From positions 7,926 through 71,925 of the forward strand of contig JBJDZH010000011.1 in assembly GCA_051867895.1 (NCBI GenBank): a stretch of 64,000 nt of DNA, read 5' to 3'. This document shows positions 1-7,689 of this stretch, piece by piece. The notes below the pieces were generated by a model. It had not been told where the DNA came from. It made no database searches and was given only the letters and a program-made list of their open reading frames with translations. Source of the DNA: Eubacteriales bacterium. GTDB lineage: Bacteria > Bacillota > Clostridia > Oscillospirales > CAG-272. Numbering within the stretch: position 1 is the first letter of the stretch; every line of letters starts with the position of its first letter. The translations under genes were made by a program, and so were the position numbers.

Positions 1-2
1 TC

Positions 3-458
3 ACCGAGGCGTGCCTGCTTGCGGACGTGCCATATACAGGGGAGGCGTTTGAGCCGGCACGTATGGAGGCGGTCTTTGCCGCGCTCGTCGCGCTCGGCTG
101 CCGTGCCGCCGTCGTTACCGGCGTTTGCTTTGGGGAGGATGAGATCGGCGTCGCATACCGCAGCTTTGATACGGGAGAAAAGGCGACGCTGTCCGCGCCG
201 CGCTCCGACGCCCCGCTGCACGGCACGGGAGACGTGTTCGCCTCCGCGCTTGCAGGATATCTGCTTGCCGGCTTTCCCATGCGGCAGGCGCTCTCGCATA
301 CGCTGTCCTTCGTTTCCGCCTGCATACGCGATACGGAGGAGGACATACAGGCGCACTGGTACGGCGTGAAATTTGAGGGAAGGCTCGGTATGATCTCCGG
401 CGATATCCGCGAATTCCGCCTGTGCGAGGCGCTGAAGAACGGAGGGGCGGAGCCGTGA
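3..458 (+). CDS. pdxK: Pyridoxamine/pyridoxal kinase (ribokinase superfamily), 5'-truncated by the window edge
   Basis: Frame is open from position 3 (TEACLLADVPY...). Contains the PfkB anion-hole motif HGTGDVFASALAG and the C-terminal WYGVKFE typical of clostridial pyridoxamine kinases. Confidence 0.8.
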   Translation, partial: TEACLLADVPYTGEAFEPARMEAVFAALVALGCRAAVVTGVCFGEDEIGVAYRSFDTGEKATLSAPRSDAPLHGTGDVFASALAGYLLAGFPMRQALSHTLSFVSACIRDTEEDIQAHWYGVKFEGRLGMISGDIREFRLCEALKNGGAEP

Positions 459-1114
459 TTACACTGGAGGAGCTGAAAAAGAACCGCGAGATTAACACCT
501 TCATCACCCGCGCGGACGAATCGCTCGCCGCGCTCGGCTTTACGGAGCACAGCTTCGCACATGTGACGAAGGTGGCGGAAACGGCGGGCGATATCCTGCG
601 AACGCTCGGCTTTCCGGAGCACGAGATCGAGCTTGCCCGCGTCGCGGGTTATCTGCACGATATCGGAAATCTGGTCAACCGCGTGGAGCACTCACAGTCC
701 GGCGCGGTCATGGCATTCATACTGCTTGAGAAGATGGACATGGACGCCGCCGACATCGCGACTGTCACTACCGCTATCGGCAATCACGACGAGGGCACCG
801 GCGTGCCGGTCAACGCGCTCGCAGCCGCGCTGATCCTTGCCGACAAATCGGATGTGCGCCGCTCCCGCGTGCGCAATCGGGATAAAACGACCTTTGATAT
901 CCACGATCGCGTCAATTATTCGGTCGAGCGTTCCTGCCTTGCCGTATCGGAGGATAAAACGGAGATCACGCTTTCGCTGTCTGTTGACACGCATTACGGC
1001 TCGGTGATGGACTATTTTGAAATTTTCATGGATCGCATGATCCTGTGCCGCAAGGCGGCAGATAAGCTGGGCATGGCGTTCCGGCTTGTCATCAACGATC
1101 AGCCCCTGATTTGA
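455..1114 (+). CDS. HD-domain phosphohydrolase
   Basis: Motifs EHSFAH, YLHDIGN, NHDE and LILADKSD. The GTG start overlaps the upstream stop (GTGA) with a GGAGG RBS. Confidence 0.85.
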   Translation: MITLEELKKNREINTFITRADESLAALGFTEHSFAHVTKVAETAGDILRTLGFPEHEIELARVAGYLHDIGNLVNRVEHSQSGAVMAFILLEKMDMDAADIATVTTAIGNHDEGTGVPVNALAAALILADKSDVRRSRVRNRDKTTFDIHDRVNYSVERSCLAVSEDKTEITLSLSVDTHYGSVMDYFEIFMDRMILCRKAADKLGMAFRLVINDQPLI

Positions 1115-1133
1115 AACGGAAAAGGAGGACGCC

Positions 1134-1811
1134 ATGATCTACCTGCTTGAGGACGACGACAGCATCCGCGGCTTCGTCGGCTATGCGCTTAACAACTCAG
1201 GGCTGGAGACGGAGTCGTTTTCCCGTCCGTCTCAGTTCTGGCAGGCGGTGGAGCGGCAGATACCGGGTCTGGTCCTGCTCGACATCATGCTGCCGGAGGA
1301 GGACGGGCTGGAGGTGCTGCGCAGGCTTCGCGAACGGCAGGACACAAAAACCGTGCCTGTCATTATGCTGACCGCCAAAAGCACGGAATACGACAAAGTG
1401 ATCGCGCTCGATTCCGGCGCGGACGATTATGTATCGAAGCCGTTCGGCATGCTGGAGCTGATTTCGCGCATCAAGGCGCAGCTGCGGCGCGCCGGGACGC
1501 AGGCGGGCGAGGAACAGAAGGAGTACCGCATCGGCGCTCTGTACGTCTGCCCGGCGAAGCACATCGTGCGCGCGAACGGGCAGGACGTTTCGCTGACGTA
1601 TAAGGAATTTGAGCTGCTCTGCCTGCTTGTCTCCAGTCCGGGCACGGTCTTTACCCGAGACCAGATCCTCCAGCGCATCTGGGGATTTGAGTTCGACGGG
1701 GAAAACCGGACGGTGGACGTACATATCCGTACCCTGCGCACCAAGCTGGGCGTATGCGGCGACCTGATCGAGACGGTGCGCGGCATCGGCTACAAGATCA
1801 GCGCCGGCTGA
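1134..1811 (+). CDS. phoP: OmpR/PhoB-family response regulator (PhoP-like)
   Basis: Receiver motifs LEDD, LLDIMLP, MLTAK and GADDYVSKPF; winged helix RTVDVHIRTLRTKL...TVRGIGY; RBS AAGGAGG. Confidence 0.85.
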   Translation: MIYLLEDDDSIRGFVGYALNNSGLETESFSRPSQFWQAVERQIPGLVLLDIMLPEEDGLEVLRRLRERQDTKTVPVIMLTAKSTEYDKVIALDSGADDYVSKPFGMLELISRIKAQLRRAGTQAGEEQKEYRIGALYVCPAKHIVRANGQDVSLTYKEFELLCLLVSSPGTVFTRDQILQRIWGFEFDGENRTVDVHIRTLRTKLGVCGDLIETVRGIGYKISAG

Positions 1812-1824
1812 AACGGAGGCTTCT

Positions 1825-3474
1825 ATGACCAAACGGATTTCCAGAAGCATTCTGCTCGTCGCGTTTGCGGCGTTTACCGTGTGCTTCGTATTCATGCTGT
1901 GGGGACAGTACAAAAACGACAAGGACGCACTGTTTGAGCGGCTGCGCACGGAGGCGGCGTATATCTGCCGCGGCGTGGAGGAGGAGGGTGACGCATACTT
2001 CGCCTCTCCGGTCCGCACGTCATCCCGCGTGACGCATATCGCTCCGGATGGCTCCGTCCTGTACGACAGCGCAGCTGCCGCTCCGGAGATGGAAAATCAC
2101 GCGGACCGCGAGGAGATCGCGGCGGCTTTTGCCGACGGCGTCGGGCAGAGCGAACGCCGATCCGACACGCTCGGTGTGACGACGGTCAACTATGCCGTTC
2201 GGATCGCGGACGGCTCAGTCATCCGCGTGAGTGCCGGACGGCAGACCCTCGGCGCGCTGCTGCTTTCCATGCTGGCGCCTGTGGCGGCGCTTGTCGTGTT
2301 GGTCTCCCTCTGCTCTGTGGGACTCGCCAGCGGCATCTCTGCGCGCATCGTCGCGCCAATCAACGAAATCGACCCCGAAAACCCGGATATCGACGAGCGC
2401 TATCCGGAGATCGCGCCGCTTCTGCATAAGATCAGCCGGCAGAATGAGCTGATCCGCAAGCAGATGGCGGATATGAAGCGGCATCAGGAGGAGTTCCGCG
2501 CTATCACGGAGAACATGGACGAGGGCTTTATCCTGATCGACCGGAAAACGGATATCCTGTCCTACAATGCCAGCGCGCTGCGTCTGCTGGGACGGGAGCA
2601 CGCGGGTGACAGCGGCAGCGTGTTTGCCCTGAACCGCGCACCCGCGTTCCGCGCGGCGGTCGGCGAGGCGCTGAGCGGACGGCACAACGAAAAGACGCTG
2701 GAAACGGACGGGCGGACCTATACGCTGATTGCCAATCCGGTGACGGAAAACGAGCAGACGGACGGCGCAGTCATTGTGATTCTGGACGTGACGGAAAAGC
2801 GCCAGCGCGAGCAGATGCGGCGCGAGTTTACCTCGAACGTCTCGCATGAGATGAAGACGCCGCTGACTTCCATCTACGGCATCTCCGAGATGCTGATGAA
2901 CGATCTTGTGAAGCCGGAGGACGTCCACCGCTTTGCGCAGAGCATCCACAGTGAGAGCGGACGGATGATCTCCCTCATTGATGACACGATCCGGCTCTCT
3001 CAGCTGGATGAGGAATCCATCCCGTACGAGCGGGAGAATGTGGATCTCTACAGCGTGGCGGAGGAGACGGTCGCGCGCATGCGTCCGGAGGCGGCCAAGC
3101 GGAACATATCGATCTCGCTGGAGGGCGAGTCCCACGTAATTAACGGGATCCGGACGATCTTGGGCGAGATCGTTTCCAATCTGTGCGACAACGCGATCAA
3201 ATACAACCGCGACGGCGGCAGCGTCCGGGTCTCGGTGACTAAGGAAAACGGCAGAGTCGTTCTCGCAGTGGCGGATACCGGCATTGGCATTCCGAAGGAG
3301 CATCTGGACCGCGTATTTGAGCGCTTCTACCGGGTGGATAAGAGCCATTCGCGTGAGATCGGCGGAACGGGACTGGGGCTGTCCATCGTCAAGCATGCCG
3401 CTGCCTATCATGGGGCGGAAGTGAAAATCGAGAGCCGCGTAGGCGAAGGAACAACGGTGCGGATTCTGTTCTGA
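1825..3474 (+). CDS. phoR: PAS-domain sensor histidine kinase (PhoR-like)
   Basis: Two TM helices, a PAS region, H-box FTSNVSHEMKTPLTSI, N-box NLCDNAIKYN, and G-boxes DTGIGI, FYRVDKSHSR and GGTGLGLSIVKH. Confidence 0.85.
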   Translation: MTKRISRSILLVAFAAFTVCFVFMLWGQYKNDKDALFERLRTEAAYICRGVEEEGDAYFASPVRTSSRVTHIAPDGSVLYDSAAAAPEMENHADREEIAAAFADGVGQSERRSDTLGVTTVNYAVRIADGSVIRVSAGRQTLGALLLSMLAPVAALVVLVSLCSVGLASGISARIVAPINEIDPENPDIDERYPEIAPLLHKISRQNELIRKQMADMKRHQEEFRAITENMDEGFILIDRKTDILSYNASALRLLGREHAGDSGSVFALNRAPAFRAAVGEALSGRHNEKTLETDGRTYTLIANPVTENEQTDGAVIVILDVTEKRQREQMRREFTSNVSHEMKTPLTSIYGISEMLMNDLVKPEDVHRFAQSIHSESGRMISLIDDTIRLSQLDEESIPYERENVDLYSVAEETVARMRPEAAKRNISISLEGESHVINGIRTILGEIVSNLCDNAIKYNRDGGSVRVSVTKENGRVVLAVADTGIGIPKEHLDRVFERFYRVDKSHSREIGGTGLGLSIVKHAAAYHGAEVKIESRVGEGTTVRILF

Positions 3475-3508
3475 CGTGCGCCTTGGGCAAAATAAGGAGG
3501 GATCCGGA

Positions 3509-3724
3509 GTGGATCAGAAGAAGATCGACCGGCTGAACGAGCTGGCGCGCAAATCCCGCGCGCAGGGTTTGAGCGACGACGAAGCGCGCGAACAGAGCGC
3601 GCTGCGCGCGGAGTATATCGCCGCATACCGTGCATCCCTGCGCGGGATTCTCGAAAACACCTATATCGAGCGCCCGGACGGGACGCGGGAAAAGCTGCAA
3701 AAAAAGAATACGCCCCGCTCATGA
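3509..3724 (+). CDS. DUF896 / YnzC-like small protein
   Basis: Sequence pattern IDRLNELARKS...EQSALRAEYI; GTG start at 3509 after AAGGAGG. Confidence 0.85.
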   Translation: MDQKKIDRLNELARKSRAQGLSDDEAREQSALRAEYIAAYRASLRGILENTYIERPDGTREKLQKKNTPRS

Positions 3725-3842
3725 CGGGACGAGGGAGACTGTCCTTGCGGCACGGCTTTCACAGCCGCGCATTCAGCGCGGATACAGAAAAACAGGGATA
3801 TCGACAGGCGGAGAAATCTGCCCGGCGGTATCCCTGCTTGGT

Positions 3843-4424
3843 TTATGAAGGTTGGGGCGGAGGAGGAATCCGTGTTGCCGTGCCTGCTTTGGCTTTCAGC
3901 TTTTCCAGCAGGCGGATCAGCGGGACTGCGAGGAGCAGCGCGGCGGCAAAATTGCCGGCGGCGTGCGAGATATCAAACGGAATGCCGGAGACCCAGTAGG
4001 CGAAAGCGGAAGCCGGTCCGCCGCGGAAAAACCACGGGATCGCCGTCAGCGCACCGAAGGAAAAGCCGTAGGCGCCGGAAAGCAGCGCCCATCCAAGCGA
4101 TGCCAGAATGCGCTGTCTGCCCTCCACCGGACGGCGGGACGGCGGAACCAGCATCACCAGTCCCCACAGGATCAGCCAGATATACAGATAGGATATCCAC
4201 CAGATGCCGAATCCGTAGAGCAGTCCCTCCAGCAGAACGAATACCGCAATGCCCCAAAGGGCGCCGCTGCGGTACACGCGCGTCCACACGATGATAAAGA
4301 GCGAGACCAGCTCGATATTCGGAAGCCCTGCAAGAACGATCTGAGAGATGAACAGCAGCGCGCCGAACATGGCGCCCAGCGTGATATAGGCGATCTGCGC
4401 CGCCGCTTTGGTGCGTGCGCGCAT
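3843..4424 (-). CDS. ECF transporter S-component, probably cobalamin-specific (CbrT-like)
   Basis: About 5-6 TM helices, LPNIELVS motif and C-terminal GIPFDISHAAGNF. Lies downstream of a B12 riboswitch. Confidence 0.7.
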   Translation of the reverse strand: MRARTKAAAQIAYITLGAMFGALLFISQIVLAGLPNIELVSLFIIVWTRVYRSGALWGIAVFVLLEGLLYGFGIWWISYLYIWLILWGLVMLVPPSRRPVEGRQRILASLGWALLSGAYGFSFGALTAIPWFFRGGPASAFAYWVSGIPFDISHAAGNFAAALLLAVPLIRLLEKLKAKAGTATRIPPPPQPS

Positions 4425-4825
4425 CAGTAGCCGGTTTTCAGCGTGATCTCAAATTTGTCTCCGTCTGCGATCGGGGTCGAGTCAACGCCCGTGAACAGAT
4501 CCTCGCCGCCCTTGGTGAAGCACCACCACTGCTGCTTGGCGTCATCCGCCGTGATGCCGTTCACGGTTTTGACGAAGAGGCCGTAGGCGCTTTCCTCTCC
4601 GGCGACCAGTCCTTCCTCCTGCTCGAGCGCACCGCGCAGGAACTCTGCGTCGGTCCGGATCGTTTTGGTCACGGTGTCGGCGCCCTCCACGATGATCTCG
4701 ACCGTGATGGTTTTGGAGCCCGTCTGGATTTCTGCCTTATGGCAGGCTGTGCACAGTACTGCTGCCGCGATCAGTACCGCAAGAACGACGAGCACGGAAA
4801 TTTGAAAGTTCTTTTTCGTCTTCAT
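4424..4825 (-). CDS. DUF4430 (transcobalamin C-terminal-like) exported or lipid-anchored protein
   Basis: Probable start MKTKKNF at 4825 after RBS AAGGAGAA. Hydrophobic signal ending CTAC, then YGLFVKTVNG..WW.F..G....TGVDSTPIADGD. Confidence 0.75.
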   Translation of the reverse strand: MKTKKNFQISVLVVLAVLIAAAVLCTACHKAEIQTGSKTITVEIIVEGADTVTKTIRTDAEFLRGALEQEEGLVAGEESAYGLFVKTVNGITADDAKQQWWCFTKGGEDLFTGVDSTPIADGDKFEITLKTGY

Positions 4826-4919
4826 GCCAGTTCTCCTTATAGAATAATGATATGGATCGCGCGAGAGGATACAGCTGCGGCGATGCCGCTCCGACGATCC
4901 GCGGAATTTCTGTATCTTT

Positions 4920-5080
4920 GGGAGCAAAGTCTTTCGGCTGACGGGCATGACTCCTTTCCATCTTCCCGCACACAGGTGCAGTGACAGCGTGTCCGCGGCG
5001 GACACGGGATCGGAGCGTCCGATCACGGCGACGGGTTCGCGGCGGATTCGCACCGCCTTCCTTTTTCTCCCGCCCTGCGC
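4920..5080 (-). ncRNA. Cobalamin (B12) riboswitch
   Basis: Minus strand reads AAAAGGAAGGCGGTGCGAATCCGCCGCGAACCCGTCGCCGTGA ... GTCACTG ... GGGAAG ... AGCCGAAAGAC, which follows the order of conserved B12-element blocks. It sits between a promoter and B12-uptake-like genes. Confidence 0.85.
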
Positions 5081-5086
5081 GCAAGT

Positions 5087-5115
5087 AGTATAGCACGCGC
5101 AGCCCGGCATGTCAA
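5087..5115 (-). promoter_or_regulatory. Sigma-A promoter of the riboswitch/DUF4430 operon
   Basis: TTGACA-17-TATACT with TG extension on the minus strand. Confidence 0.8.
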
Positions 5116-5238
5116 GACGGCGGAGGGGAGAATTGCTGCCGGAGCGGAGGAAATGAGGAAAAATGCCCACGGAGCGGCGATCATCACCGGCTTGTTTTGG
5201 CAATAAATCACGAAAGCAATTTATTTTTCTCAAACCTA

Positions 5239-5267
5239 TTTACAAGCAGCCGGATTCGTGCTATGAT
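5239..5267 (+). promoter_or_regulatory. Sigma-A promoter of pyrR-uraA
   Basis: TTTACA-17-TATGAT with TG extension. Confidence 0.7.
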
Positions 5268-5284
5268 ATAGCCGAAAAAAGCAG

Positions 5285-5387
5285 GTCTTTAAGAGCGGTA
5301 CCGTGATGCCGACAAGATTTGATGGAATATTGCTGCCCTGCGGGCGGCGTCTGTGCTGAATCTTGTCGAAAGACAGGATTTTTTTTT
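5285..5387 (+). promoter_or_regulatory. PyrR-binding attenuator (anti-antiterminator, antiterminator, terminator)
   Basis: CTTTAA followed by stem CGGTA/TGCCG with loop CCGTGA. Terminator AATCTTGTC-GAAA-GACAGGATT-T7 at 5359-5387. A perfect 10-bp antiterminator pairs 5310-5319 with 5359-5368. Confidence 0.85.
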
Positions 5388-5399
5388 GCGAGGATTGCC

Positions 5400-5948
5400 A
5401 TGTATCAGTTCAAGGCTCTGGTAATGGACGAGGCGGCGGTCGGTCGTGCGCTGCGCCGCATCTCCTATGAGATCATCGAACACAACCGCGGCGCGGAAGG
5501 GCTCGCCCTCGTCGGCATCTGCCGGCGCGGCGTTCCGCTGGCGGAGCGCATCGCCGCCAATATCGAAAAGACGGAGGGGATCCGCGTTCCCGTGGGGAAA
5601 CTGGACATCACCTTTTACCGGGACGATATTTCCGAGCACGCGCACCCCGACCCGGTGCTTGCCGGGACGGAGCTTCCGTTTGAGATCACGGGACGACGCA
5701 TCGTGCTGGTGGACGACGTGCTGTATACCGGACGGACCGCGCGCGCCGCGCTGGATGCGCTGCTCGCACACGGACGTCCCGACGCCATTCAGCTCGCTAT
5801 CCTCTGCGACCGCGGACACCGCGAGCTGCCGATCCGCGCGGATTACGTCGGAAAGAATCTGCCCACCTCAAAGGCGGAGATGGTCGTCGTCAAGACGCCG
5901 CCGTTCGACGACGAGGTGTGTGTGGAGCTGCATGAAATGGTTTTCTGA
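5400..5948 (+). CDS. pyrR: PyrR attenuation regulator / uracil phosphoribosyltransferase
   Basis: RALRRISYEIIEHN, LDITFYRDD, PRPP motif VLVDDVLYTGRT and DRGHRELPIRADYVGKN. ATG at 5400 lies downstream of the attenuator. Confidence 0.95.
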   Translation: MYQFKALVMDEAAVGRALRRISYEIIEHNRGAEGLALVGICRRGVPLAERIAANIEKTEGIRVPVGKLDITFYRDDISEHAHPDPVLAGTELPFEITGRRIVLVDDVLYTGRTARAALDALLAHGRPDAIQLAILCDRGHRELPIRADYVGKNLPTSKAEMVVVKTPPFDDEVCVELHEMVF

Positions 5949-6009
5949 CAGGCTGGCGGCGATGCTCGCCGCGGACTGCCCGGATAAATAATTCAGGAGG
6001 GATACTACT

Positions 6010-7437
6010 TTGAAGCTTATCTACAACGTCAAGGACAAACCCAAATTCGGTCAGCTGATTATCTTCGCGATCCAGCAGCTGCTTGCGATCATGGCTGCCA
6101 CGCTGGTCGTCCCGGTCATCACCGGACACGGCATGAGCTCTGCCGCCGCACTGTTCGGCGCCGGCGTCGGTACGCTCGTCTATGTTCTCTTTACCAAGGC
6201 AAGCAGCCCGGTGTTCCTCGGCTCCTCGTTCGCTTTCCTCGGCTCCATGGCGGCTGCATTCGCCGGCGGCGTGTCCATGCAGCTCGGTTATCTCGGGCTG
6301 ATTCTCGGTGCGATCTTCGCCGGTCTTGTGTATGTTGTGATCGCCGTCATCGTCAAGCTGGTCGGCGTGGGCTGGATCAATAAAATCATGCCTGCGGTCG
6401 TGATCGGTCCGACGGTTGCGATCATCGGTCTTTCTCTCGCCGGCAACGCGGTGGGCGATTTGTTGAAGGGCAATGTCACCCATACGGTCGTCAACACAGA
6501 GGCGGTCGTCCTCGACGGCGCCGCCATGCTGGTGGAAACGGAAACGCAGGTCATGACGTGCTCCGTGTTCGCGGCTCTGATCTGCGGTCTTGTCACGCTG
6601 GCGGTCACGATGCTCTGCGCGACGTTCGGCAAAAAGTCCATCCGCCTGATCCCGTTCATCATCGGTATCCTTGCCGGATACGCAACTGCCCTGATCTTTA
6701 CCGTGATTGGCAATGCGGCGGGCATTGACGCGCTCAAGGTTCTCAACTTCGCACCCTTCACGGCGCTGGTTGCCGATGGGGTAACGATCAAAACTTTCTT
6801 TGACATTCCCGATTTCACCTTCCTGACTGCGTTCGGCGGCTTCGGCGAGCTGAGCGGCGCATATATCGCTTCCATTGCGGCAGCCTATGTCCCGGTTGCC
6901 TTCGTGGTATTCGCGGAGCACATCGCGGATCACAAGAATATCTCCTCCATCATTGAAAAGGATCTGCTCGAGGATCCCGGTCTCTCCCGCACGCTGCTCG
7001 GCGACGGTGTCGGCTCCATGGTCGGCGCGTTCTTCGGCGGCTGCCCGAACACTACCTACGGCGAGTCGATCGGCTGCGTGGCAATCACCGGCAATGCCTC
7101 TGTTGTCACGATCATCGCGGCGGCTGTCGGCGCGATCCTGATCTCCTTCATCAATCCTTTCGTTGCTTTCGTCAACTCGATCCCCTCCTGCGTGATGGGC
7201 GGCGTCTGCATCGCGCTGTACGGCTTCATCGCGGTCAGCGGTCTGAAGATGGTTCAGAAGGTCAACCTTGAGGAGCACCGCAACCTCTTCGTGGTCTCCG
7301 TGATCCTGATCGCGGGCATCGGTGGTCTGACGCTCAGCTTCGGCCGCGTTACCATCACCTCGGTCGCCTGCGCGCTGATCCTCGGTATCCTTGCCAATCT
7401 CATGCTCTCCTCCAAAAACGAAAAGACGGATAAGTAA
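6010..7437 (+). CDS. uraA: Uracil permease (NCS2/NAT family)
   Basis: FLGSSFAF, EHIADH, PNTTYGESIG and IPSCVMGG motifs; TTG start after AGGAGG. Confidence 0.9.
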   Translation: MKLIYNVKDKPKFGQLIIFAIQQLLAIMAATLVVPVITGHGMSSAAALFGAGVGTLVYVLFTKASSPVFLGSSFAFLGSMAAAFAGGVSMQLGYLGLILGAIFAGLVYVVIAVIVKLVGVGWINKIMPAVVIGPTVAIIGLSLAGNAVGDLLKGNVTHTVVNTEAVVLDGAAMLVETETQVMTCSVFAALICGLVTLAVTMLCATFGKKSIRLIPFIIGILAGYATALIFTVIGNAAGIDALKVLNFAPFTALVADGVTIKTFFDIPDFTFLTAFGGFGELSGAYIASIAAAYVPVAFVVFAEHIADHKNISSIIEKDLLEDPGLSRTLLGDGVGSMVGAFFGGCPNTTYGESIGCVAITGNASVVTIIAAAVGAILISFINPFVAFVNSIPSCVMGGVCIALYGFIAVSGLKMVQKVNLEEHRNLFVVSVILIAGIGGLTLSFGRVTITSVACALILGILANLMLSSKNEKTDK

Positions 7438-7459
7438 GTCGATTTTGCAAACGTGCCAG

Positions 7460-7490
7460 AAAAGCATCCGCCGCACGGCGGATGCTTTTT
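7460..7490 (+). terminator. Intrinsic terminator after uraA
   Basis: AAAAGCATCCGCC-GCAC-GGCGGATGCTTTTT. Confidence 0.8.
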
Positions 7491-7624
7491 CATTCCGAGT
7501 GTCCTTTCGTCTGCCCGGAAAGACAGGAACGATGTACAGCAGAGCTTTGCTGTCGATGCCTCTGCCTTTATGCGTTTTCAGGTGCAGATCCGCCGGGGAG
7601 ACAGTAAAAACTTTGCGGACATGC

Positions 7625-7650
7625 GGAAACATATGCCTTTTTCTTCCGTC
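7625..7650 (+). promoter_or_regulatory. ECF-sigma-type promoter upstream of the alpha-2-macroglobulin gene
   Basis: GGAAAC-16-CGTC matches the (T)GAAAC-N16-CGT(A/C) consensus of Bacillus SigW/SigX/SigM/SigV-type promoters. Confidence 0.6.
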
Positions 7651-7689
7651 CAATAGAGCGAAGACCAACCAGACAAAAGGAGTACCGGT

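Noticed and set aside
4826-5233. N-terminal extension of the DUF4430 ORF (269-aa version)
   Set aside because: It runs through the promoter and riboswitch. A good RBS and signal peptide support the start at 4825.
5319-5399. Longer pyrR start; likewise upstream starts for ORFs at 12767, 45848, 48216 and 25493
   Set aside because: These extensions overlap attenuators or promoters. The downstream starts fit the RBS positions or family-typical N-termini better.
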